DNA from: a virus
Taxonomy: Duplodnaviria > Heunggongvirae > Uroviricota > Caudoviricetes
Virus record (IMG/VR): IMGVR_UViG_3300033148_004507
Reading direction: 5' to 3' (one strand)
DNA length: 64,000 nucleotides
Under the pieces are notes generated by a model. It was given only the letters and a program-made list of their open reading frames with translations, was not told where the DNA came from and did no database searches. This document shows, one piece after another, positions 57,169 to 64,000 of this stretch. Position 1 is the stretch's first letter. The number at the start of each line of letters is the position of its first letter. Made by a program: the position numbers and the translations under genes.

Positions 57169-57362
57169 TGACAGAATACAATACAATATGCGATTATTGC
57201 GGAGATGAGATAGAAGAAGGTGGCGAGATAGTGACTGTTGAGTGCGGTGTTGCAGAGTTCAACTATATTGGTGGTGATAAGGTACTGCTCAATCAAGGCT
57301 CCGAGATTGATAAAGTGTATCATCTTAACTGTGCCAAGAGGATTACACTGTTAAAACATTAG
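57168..57362 (+). CDS. zinc-ribbon mini-protein
   Basis: CDYCGDE...ECG...CAK. Confidence 0.45.
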   Translation: MTEYNTICDYCGDEIEEGGEIVTVECGVAEFNYIGGDKVLLNQGSEIDKVYHLNCAKRITLLKH

Positions 57363-57420
57363 GATAGCAAAAATTATATATGCTAAAAATGAATATAGGG
57401 TGACGGTGGTGACAATTACT
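57363..57420 (+). promoter_or_regulatory. degenerate promoter-cassette copy (GATAGCAAAAATTATATATGCT...GTGACGGTGGTGACAAT)
   Basis: lacks the ATG fusion; ~80 nt upstream of ATG 57499. Confidence 0.4.
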
Positions 57421-57498
57421 GACAACAAGAAAAGTGAGGTAATGACAGCAAAACCTATTTAAATAAAAACAGTATTATAGATGGTGGAGATATAAAAC

Positions 57499-57786
57499 AT
57501 GAACAAATCAAAACTTGAGGAAAATCTAACAGTCGATATGGGGTATACGAAGTACCTGAAAATCCCAATGCAAATCAAGAAGCATTTTGGGAACCCTGTT
57601 TCTGATGTAAATCCTGATTGGGATTTCGAAGAGATGCCTGATGGTAAATTGAAAATCATCTACATATTTGACAAGTCAGATTTCACCAAAGTTCAAAAGG
57701 CCAAAACGAAGGCCAAGTCCAAGAAGTCCCCGCCAAAGAAGAAAACAAAGAAGCAGGGGACTAAAGATGGGAAAAAAGATAATTGA
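57499..57786 (+). CDS. small protein with strongly basic Lys-rich tail
   Basis: KAKTKAKSKKSPPKKKTKKQGTKDGKKDN; candidate nucleic-acid binder. Confidence 0.5.
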   Translation: MNKSKLEENLTVDMGYTKYLKIPMQIKKHFGNPVSDVNPDWDFEEMPDGKLKIIYIFDKSDFTKVQKAKTKAKSKKSPPKKKTKKQGTKDGKKDN

Positions 57787-58591
57787 GGCAGTGGTATCAC
57801 ATTTTCAGATAGACCTGCCATTTCTAAGGCCAGAGTATGAAGGCTTGTCCAGACTAGGCTCACATGAGAAAGTTACAGAGGGGCTATACAGGTGGACATT
57901 CAAGACTGATAAATTAGGGGATGTTCAGAACATTCTTGGTGGTAAGATAATCCAATACAATAAAGACAATCTTTTAATGGATATTCTACCGCACTGTGAA
58001 CCATTGATGGAAGAGCTTGAAACCAGTGTGCATAAGAAGGGCAAGGGGACGATAGCTGTTGCAGTAGAGGGTGAAGGGTACTATGTAACATGGTATCAAG
58101 CAGGTAAGCCTGTAACACACCTTGTAGCGAAGAGTCTTGTGGAATTAATTTGGAATGAAGTCATCTCAAAGCAACCATATGGTGAGAGGATTCCAACCAG
58201 GGATGTATGTGCAAACATAGTCAAGGCTCTGGAGCTAAATCATTGGAATTATCCTATGTTTGTAGAGGATAAGCAAAATAATTATATGAGGGAGTGTATC
58301 AAGGTCGGCAAATGGAATCATGCCAGGTCGAAGGACTTTAATTTCGCCTATTTCTTTGGTAAGAGAGGCGATTATTTCAAGTTGTTCTACACTCCAATTA
58401 AATGTTTGAAAGGACTTGACTGGATTGACCATACTAAGGACGGAACCATCATCAGACTAAAAGAATCTGACGACTTCTATAAGGGTGTCAGGTTCGATGA
58501 GATTGTCATGATTCAAAAGGAATGTGAAGAAGAACTATGTCGGCCAGAAAACCCTGACGACATATTACAATGGTCGGAGGGGTTCAAGTAA
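57767..58591 (+). CDS. hypothetical protein
   Basis: ATG 57767 in-frame in track ORF 57668 (track N-term reads through basic tail of upstream gene in another frame). Confidence 0.5.
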   Translation: MGKKIIEAVVSHFQIDLPFLRPEYEGLSRLGSHEKVTEGLYRWTFKTDKLGDVQNILGGKIIQYNKDNLLMDILPHCEPLMEELETSVHKKGKGTIAVAVEGEGYYVTWYQAGKPVTHLVAKSLVELIWNEVISKQPYGERIPTRDVCANIVKALELNHWNYPMFVEDKQNNYMRECIKVGKWNHARSKDFNFAYFFGKRGDYFKLFYTPIKCLKGLDWIDHTKDGTIIRLKESDDFYKGVRFDEIVMIQKECEEELCRPENPDDILQWSEGFK

Positions 58592-58692
58592 TACGAAAAT
58601 GCAGGGATAATCAAATCCCCATCCCTGCACTAAATAATATAAGTCATGAAACCTATACCCCTACCACGACATGAAACCAATGAGGAATATAT

Positions 58693-59544
58693 ATGACACA
58701 AGAGAATTTAAATAAGCAAAAGCGAATCGCACTTTTATTCATGGAAAATCCATTGACAAAATTACGGTTTTCAGATGTAAAAAGAATGACTGGATTTAAA
58801 GACAGTGCAATTAAATCATCATTGAGGAGACTATCTAACAAATTAATAATTATGAGGATTCAAGTAGGAAAAAACCATTCTTATGCTTTAAGGGATATGC
58901 ATAAAGCCAAAAGATACATAAATGGGGCTGAAGGTGGGGAGATAGTTGAAAAACAGGGTATGGATTTTTTGGATGGTATTATAAGGCAAGAAAAGCATCA
59001 TAGGTTTTTTCAAATTAAATTAACAGATGAAGAATGGAAAAAGAATGAAATATATTACACAAAACCTAGTGAAAACGACAGAGCTAAAAATTCTATACAT
59101 GAATTAGGCAGTTTTAAAATAATCATAAGCAGAAAGAGTTTAAATGGGACTATATATTTACTAGCTGAAGATTGGGAATCTGAATTGAAGTCCTTATATC
59201 CGAGACTTTATTTCGATGTGAAAAGATTAGAAGAATCGGAATCTGGTCATTTAGGTGTATCTATTGATATGGATGCATGGTCGAAGATTAGATTAAACGC
59301 AGACGATTTAAGGGTAGTATTTGCGAAATCACATTTCTGGAAAGAGATAGATGCCGAAGGTAGCGAGATTTTAGTGAATTCTTTTTTACAAAACATTATA
59401 AAGACATCTTTTGATAAAACTACTACAGAGGTTGTGATTGCAAAATCATTAGAAAGGTTAAATCAGACATTATCAGAGCAGAATTTGTTACTCAATCAAC
59501 TACTTACAAGTATACGTGATTTATCGGAAAAGGAGGATAAATGA
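58693..59544 (+). CDS. wHTH protein, paralog A
   Basis: N-term wHTH-like; central block HHRFFQIKLTDEEW...LNGTIYLL..DW...GHLGVSID...HFWKEID..G.E..VNS.LQNI.KTS shared with 59612 gene. Confidence 0.55.
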   Translation: MTQENLNKQKRIALLFMENPLTKLRFSDVKRMTGFKDSAIKSSLRRLSNKLIIMRIQVGKNHSYALRDMHKAKRYINGAEGGEIVEKQGMDFLDGIIRQEKHHRFFQIKLTDEEWKKNEIYYTKPSENDRAKNSIHELGSFKIIISRKSLNGTIYLLAEDWESELKSLYPRLYFDVKRLEESESGHLGVSIDMDAWSKIRLNADDLRVVFAKSHFWKEIDAEGSEILVNSFLQNIIKTSFDKTTTEVVIAKSLERLNQTLSEQNLLLNQLLTSIRDLSEKEDK

Positions 59545-59557
59545 AGAGTATATCGGT

Positions 59558-59580
59558 GGTTCCCGCATGATACGGGAACC
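59558..59580 (+). terminator. hairpin GGTTCCCG-catgata-CGGGAACC
   Basis: perfect 8-bp IR between the two paralog genes. Confidence 0.4.
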
Positions 59581-59611
59581 ATACAACGAGGGAACTATGG
59601 AGTAATGTTTG

Positions 59612-60613
59612 ATGGCAGATGATGATGTAAAAGATAGGTATAGGAGGCTAGTAGCTATATTCCTAAATTTTCCAACAGATAGTTATCGCCAGAGAGATTT
59701 AATTAAGAACACAGGATTCCCCGATGGGACGATAAAATCATTTTGTCATAAATTTAAAAAGAAAGGAATTATAAGGGGCTTTAGACCAGAAGGCAAGAGA
59801 TATTTTAGATATATGCTAAAAGACCACGACTTAGCTTATAGATATTTGAAAGAGCCATCATTCAACTGTACGAATAAGCGAGGGTATACACCTAGCCCAC
59901 ACCCTAGAGATTATTTGGCGACCATGATTCCGCAGGAAGAGCATCACAAATTTTATCAAATCAAACTTACAGAGCAAGAGTTTGCGAGGACGGAGCATTT
60001 ATTCTCTAAATCAAAACCGAATGATAGGGGGAAGAATAGAACTTATGAGGCGAGAAGTTATAAAATTAACGTTAGCCAGAACACATTAAATGGTGTAATC
60101 TATCTTCTTGACACAGATTGGAAGCAGAGGTTGATGGACACCTACCCAGACCTATGCGATGCTCTTTGTAAAAAGATTGAATTAGAGAATGGTCATCTCG
60201 GCGTATCAATTGATGCTGAGAGTTGGGCAGGCTTTAAATTATCTGATGAATTCTTGACTACAATCTTTGCCTCTTCTCATTATTGGAAGGAGCTTGATTT
60301 CGAGGGCAAAGAAAAGTATGTTAATTCAATGTTGCAAAACATTGTTAAGACCTCGCAAGAAAAGACTACTTTTGAGGCTACAATAAGTATATTGATGAAA
60401 GAGCTTTTAACGAGAACAGACAGGAGCAATGAGCAGTCTGTTGGTATGCTGGCTATCCTTCAACAACTGAGTGACAGGCTCGATAAAGGTAATGACCTAC
60501 AAGAGAGGTCGATTGTGATATTGGAAACTCTTGTGAATGGTAAGAAGAAAGAGGACGAGCCAGACAAGCCAGTTAAGGAACTGGATGAGCATGATTTGAT
60601 AATGTTTGCTTGA
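59612..60613 (+). CDS. wHTH protein, paralog B
   Basis: EHHKFYQIKLTEQEF...LNGVIYLL.TDW...GHLGVSID...HYWKELD.EGKEKYVNSMLQNIVKTS. Confidence 0.55.
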   Translation: MADDDVKDRYRRLVAIFLNFPTDSYRQRDLIKNTGFPDGTIKSFCHKFKKKGIIRGFRPEGKRYFRYMLKDHDLAYRYLKEPSFNCTNKRGYTPSPHPRDYLATMIPQEEHHKFYQIKLTEQEFARTEHLFSKSKPNDRGKNRTYEARSYKINVSQNTLNGVIYLLDTDWKQRLMDTYPDLCDALCKKIELENGHLGVSIDAESWAGFKLSDEFLTTIFASSHYWKELDFEGKEKYVNSMLQNIVKTSQEKTTFEATISILMKELLTRTDRSNEQSVGMLAILQQLSDRLDKGNDLQERSIVILETLVNGKKKEDEPDKPVKELDEHDLIMFA

Positions 60614-60637
60614 AATTGATTATTACTCTATTTCAAT

Positions 60638-60755
60638 ACACTGGCTCTATATTTATGTACAACTAATTAATGGAATATTGAATTAGTTGTACATAAAATT
60701 AGAAATTCAAGCAATTACCTGTACAACCAATTAATCTAAGGTCAAGAGCCAGTGT
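60638..60755 (+). promoter_or_regulatory. nested palindromic array: ACACTGGCTCT ...[TGTACAACTAATTAATGG / AATTAGTTGTACA / TGTACAACCAATTAATC]... AGAGCCAGTGT
   Basis: 11-bp outer IR (60638-60648 / 60745-60755) enclosing a 13-bp IR of the CTAATT family; followed by A-rich iteron-like AAAAAGTCA x2, AAAAAACAGA/AAAAAATCAGA. Confidence 0.5.
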
Positions 60756-60897
60756 TAATAAAAAGTCAAAAAACAGAATAAAAAATCAGAATTGGGAATA
60801 AAAAGTCACAAATTAATTTAAGGGCAACGTTCTTAACGATGGTTTGGCTGTGTGCCACGTCTAGCATACATTATGCATACAACGTTAAACACATTAG

Positions 60898-60920
60898 GAC
60901 AGCAAAAACATTTATATACA
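60898..60920 (+). promoter_or_regulatory. promoter-cassette-like GACAGCAAAAACATTTATATAC without attached ORF
   Basis: same BRE/TATA-like core as the recurring cassette; nearest ORF start 61084 (~160 nt away). Confidence 0.4.
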
Positions 60921-61083
60921 ACAAGGACTTATGCTTTGATTATGTTAAATATGAAAAAAGACCACGACATAAACTGGTGTGATTAGGTTGTGGATGAATT
61001 GTGTAGAAAGTAGTGATACAATTGAGGCTGAGGGCAGTTACAAGCCCCTTCCTGAAAACAATAATGTTTTAGGGGGGGAGTAA

Positions 61084-61752
61084 TTGACGTTAGAAGAGAA
61101 CGAGCAGGGGAGCCAGGATTCTATATTCGCAGAATTGTGGAAATCATTCAAAGATTCGAGTAAGGAGGACAAGAAACTTCTAATTATGGTTATGTATATG
61201 GCATGTATAATTGTTACGTATCTATATCTAATGGATGGATTTAGTTTTAGCACATTCATCATGGTGTCTGCATTCTACGCTGTGGTGGTCTGGGGCATTG
61301 CGATATTCTTATCAATAGAAACTTTTTTAGAACGGCCAGACATTCTAGAATACTGCATAGCTCTTACAATCGCATCATTCGTTCTCTTCTTGATAATATT
61401 AGGTACACCATTGCGTATTGAAAATGCAGAGCTTTACAACTCAGAGGTTAGATTTACATATCTTGAAAGCGTGGATGTTAATTTGGAATTCAATGAATCA
61501 TACTTTGAAATTACATTCTTGAATGAGGGGAATTATAGTATCGAATACAAGAACAGTACGATGAGTGGGGATTTATTGGTTCGGCAATATAGTTCTTTGG
61601 GTATCGAGGAAGCGGTGTTTCATAAGGATGTTAGTGAATTGATATACGCCTCATACAGTAGGCCAGGGTTGTATCTCAAAATTATGGATGAAGATACTGG
61701 CAGTTACAGCGAATTCGATTTTATATTCCATAGGGCGTGGTTCAGTGAATAG
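61084..61752 (+). CDS. polytopic membrane protein (TTG start)
   Basis: 4 TM helices in N-terminal half. Confidence 0.5.
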   Translation: MTLEENEQGSQDSIFAELWKSFKDSSKEDKKLLIMVMYMACIIVTYLYLMDGFSFSTFIMVSAFYAVVVWGIAIFLSIETFLERPDILEYCIALTIASFVLFLIILGTPLRIENAELYNSEVRFTYLESVDVNLEFNESYFEITFLNEGNYSIEYKNSTMSGDLLVRQYSSLGIEEAVFHKDVSELIYASYSRPGLYLKIMDEDTGSYSEFDFIFHRAWFSE

Positions 61753-61908
61753 GTTCAGAAAGTTTGTCAGATGCGGTGATTACCCCCAATCTCAGCCGTG
61801 TCTTTCAAGCCTGAAAAGGCAAATGGTACTCATGGCATCTTTTTATCGAGATGTACTTGTTGGTCGCAAGCAGTTGCCATTTGTCTCTATTTTTTTGGGG
61901 GGAATATA

Positions 61909-62175
61909 ATGCCTACGGATTTCAATGAGATAACAAATCTTGTGTTAAACCCCTATATGTTGTTGGCTCTGGGTTTGTGTATTGCATACTTCATACATGA
62001 ACGGTATAAAAGAGCCATAGATACTGCGACAATGATGGCATCGATTGAGAAGCACAGGGTAGAGAACCACCCGTCAGAGTCATTGAATTACAATCACATG
62101 AAAGAGTGGGCAGTAGAAAACGATAGTGGCTTTAACGAGTTTCTTGAGGGGTTAGAGGAGGAATGCCCCATATGA
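61909..62175 (+). CDS. small membrane protein
   Basis: ATG 61909 in-frame in track ORF 61798; TM LVLNPYMLLALGLCIAYFI. Confidence 0.45.
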   Translation: MPTDFNEITNLVLNPYMLLALGLCIAYFIHERYKRAIDTATMMASIEKHRVENHPSESLNYNHMKEWAVENDSGFNEFLEGLEEECPI

Positions 62176-62232
62176 TAGTTCATAAAGTCATAGAATTAAA
62201 TTCAGAGTCAGATGAGATGGAGGGAATAAATA

Positions 62233-62511
62233 ATGTGTGAATGTTTCGAAGAGATTGGAGAAGAGATGAAGAAGAGAACGGGTGCTGTCGATGTCAAGAT
62301 AATGGGCAAGGGCAGTACCAGTGTGGACTTGCGAGGGTACACGCAGAAGGGAGAACTCAGCAAGGTGTGGAAGCATGAGAGTGTACGATGGAACTTCTGC
62401 CCCATATGTGGTGAAGGTTGGCCCTCAGATGACAGTGATTGGTACAGGCGATTCGCCAAGCTGAAGAATGGCATCAAATACTATTTCTCAGATTATTATC
62501 GGAGGCGGTGA
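62233..62511 (+). CDS. zinc-ribbon mini-protein
   Basis: CECFEE...CPICGE. Confidence 0.5.
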   Translation: MCECFEEIGEEMKKRTGAVDVKIMGKGSTSVDLRGYTQKGELSKVWKHESVRWNFCPICGEGWPSDDSDWYRRFAKLKNGIKYYFSDYYRRR

Positions 62512-62517
62512 TTGGGG

Positions 62518-62925
62518 ATGGGTCATGAGCAAGATTTATTGAAAGAAGGCGACATCATCATGTTACAGATTGGTGATACTGTATTATTTGAGATTCCAGC
62601 CCATTTTCTATATGGTAATAGGGTGGGGGTATTCAACGAGGTTAGCAAGGATGCTGTCGTGATAGGAAACCACAAGGGTCTTAACACAGAGTTCTTAGCG
62701 GGAGAATATGTGGTCATCAAGACTGCTATGGATGGCGGTGGAACTGGACACGGTGACAGTGATTCATATCCAGATGGTCATCATGTGTGGTGTGAAAAGA
62801 TGTTTGATTGGGGTATCGGACACCCTGGCATACTGGTGGATTTCTTTCAGACTGGTTGCTTTACGGCTATGCTGAAGGATAGAAAACCAACAGGAAAAGC
62901 CGAATTGACATGGAAGAAGGTGTAA
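62518..62925 (+). CDS. hypothetical protein
   Basis: ATG 62518 in-frame in track ORF 62512. Confidence 0.5.
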   Translation: MGHEQDLLKEGDIIMLQIGDTVLFEIPAHFLYGNRVGVFNEVSKDAVVIGNHKGLNTEFLAGEYVVIKTAMDGGGTGHGDSDSYPDGHHVWCEKMFDWGIGHPGILVDFFQTGCFTAMLKDRKPTGKAELTWKKV

Positions 62926-62928
62926 TCA

Positions 62929-63153
62929 ATGCCTGAACACATTAAGTCATGCCCCTTCTGTGGGGCGAAAGAAGTCGAGATTGCGAGAACGAATGAGAAT
63001 GCTTGTTGGGTGGAATGTGCTTCATGCGGAGCTTCATCACCATCAACGAAGAAGAGGGAAGATGCGATAGCGATATGGAATGAGAGGCATTTGCCAAGTG
63101 GAATATCTGCGACAATCGTTTATGACATGGATGCAGAGCAAAGGAGTCGATAG
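62929..63153 (+). CDS. zinc-ribbon mini-protein
   Basis: CPFCGAKE...CWVECASCGA. Confidence 0.5.
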   Translation: MPEHIKSCPFCGAKEVEIARTNENACWVECASCGASSPSTKKREDAIAIWNERHLPSGISATIVYDMDAEQRSR

Positions 63154-63154
63154 T

Positions 63155-63331
63155 ATGGATATGAAACGTAAAGTACGTGTGTCAAGAACATACACATACA
63201 CCAGGGAGGAATTAGAAGAAAAATTAGGGCTGGAAGGTAAGGTTGAGCATGTATCTGATAATAACAGACGACACCTACATCGTTCACCGAAGCCTCCATT
63301 CGAGATTACAATAAGAACGACAGGAGAGTGA
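63155..63331 (+). CDS. 58-aa hypothetical
   Basis: ATG 63155 in-frame in track ORF 63080. Confidence 0.35.
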   Translation: MDMKRKVRVSRTYTYTREELEEKLGLEGKVEHVSDNNRRHLHRSPKPPFEITIRTTGE

Positions 63332-63505
63332 ATGGGCATGGGTAAGGAAAGAGAGAGCAAGATGTTCAGAGATTTCAGTACAGACAAATTGAAGGGCATG
63401 TCTGAGAATGCAGGTATTGAGCTAGAGAGAATACAGGCCAATTACGACCACACCAAGAACTACAAGAAGAATCTTGACAAATTGATTGAAAAGAGGTTGA
63501 TTTGA
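63332..63505 (+). CDS. 57-aa hypothetical (not in track)
   Basis: TGAATG junction; TGA 63503-63505 then ATG 63506. Confidence 0.35.
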   Translation: MGMGKERESKMFRDFSTDKLKGMSENAGIELERIQANYDHTKNYKKNLDKLIEKRLI

Positions 63506-63676
63506 ATGCCAACTGCCAATTTCAAGTGTACAGTATGTGGACAAAAAATGGAATGGGAAGTTGATGACCTAAATTTCAAAGAGACTGATGTTCCAGAAGA
63601 TATGTTGGATTGCTCAGTTGTTTCTTGCCAACGTCTTGGGGGAAGAATGAAACTGCTAAATGTTGAGGATGATTAA
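63506..63676 (+). CDS. 56-aa zinc-ribbon mini-protein (not in track)
   Basis: CTVCGQ...CSVVSCQ. Confidence 0.35.
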   Translation: MPTANFKCTVCGQKMEWEVDDLNFKETDVPEDMLDCSVVSCQRLGGRMKLLNVEDD

Positions 63677-63808
63677 ATGGCATTGTGCGAGTGCGGTGGG
63701 ACATATTCAGTGTTAGATGATAAGTGCAATAAGTGTGGTAAGAGAAAGATGGTATGCACGAAGGCTGTGGATGTAGTAAATGAAGTAGGAGATTTCTTAG
63801 GGTTCTAA
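63677..63808 (+). CDS. 43-aa zinc-ribbon mini-protein (not in track)
   Basis: CECGG...CNKCGK. Confidence 0.35.
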   Translation: MALCECGGTYSVLDDKCNKCGKRKMVCTKAVDVVNEVGDFLGF

Positions 63809-63815
63809 AGGAGGT

Positions 63816-64000
63816 ATGAAAATGGGTTGCGGAGCATTAATTGGAAAAGAGATACACGATTATATTGAGAATGGAGAGCCGATGCATAAGTATCGCTGTG
63901 AACACTGTGGTATAGAAGTATTGGTCGAGGGTGAGGATGCCAGAGTGCATTGTGTCCAGTGCAAGGCGAAGTTAGAGTATTGCCCAAGAATGATGAAAGT
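63816..64000 (+). CDS. zinc-ribbon protein, 3' partial at window end
   Basis: GGAGGTATG start; CEHCG...CVQCK; runs off window. Confidence 0.4.
   Translation, partial: MKMGCGALIGKEIHDYIENGEPMHKYRCEHCGIEVLVEGEDARVHCVQCKAKLEYCPRMMK

Noticed and set aside
1-64000. CRISPR array
   Set aside because: No regularly spaced direct repeats with unique spacers are present. The only periodic repeats are the in-frame PKD modules and the dispersed promoter cassettes.

Overview
Almost the whole window is protein-coding: about 150 mostly small ORFs packed head-to-tail on the + strand (ATGA/TAATG overlaps), plus one ~2-kb minus-strand island at 30.36–32.32 kb. The signals point to an archaeal mobile element or virus-like replicon.
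- GGTGAT and GGAGGTG Shine-Dalgarno motifs match the archaeal 16S 3' end (AUCACCUCC).
- A BRE/TATA-like promoter cassette (GA[CT]AGCAAAACTATTTATACT…GTGACGGTGATAACATG) recurs upstream of several genes.
- Surface proteins carry PKD repeats and C-terminal membrane anchors.
- Zinc-ribbon mini-proteins are extremely dense.
- No capsid, terminase, portal or DNA-polymerase hallmark is recognisable.

Recognisable content, in order:
- a giant ~12x PKD-repeat surface protein;
- a ParB/Srx-like nuclease-domain protein, a small zinc-ribbon ORF, an HNH endonuclease and a Pol-beta-type nucleotidyltransferase;
- two decayed IscB (OMEGA, IS200/605-type) elements in direct orientation 6.3 kb apart;
- a DUF262 (DGQQR) protein next to a Spo11/TopoVI-A-like (5Y-CAP + Toprim) protein fused to a long acidic coiled coil;
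- a SAM methyltransferase followed by a KxDG ligase-family nucleotidyltransferase;
- an SPFH/band-7 protein;
- an IS4/IS5-type DDE transposase;
- a dual-specificity phosphatase;
- a NADAR-domain protein;
- three DnaJ-type CxxCxGxG zinc-finger paralogs;
- two paralogous wHTH proteins followed by a repeat-rich noncoding region, a candidate origin or regulatory hub.

Most other ORFs are ORFans. GC content looks like roughly 40–45% by eye.
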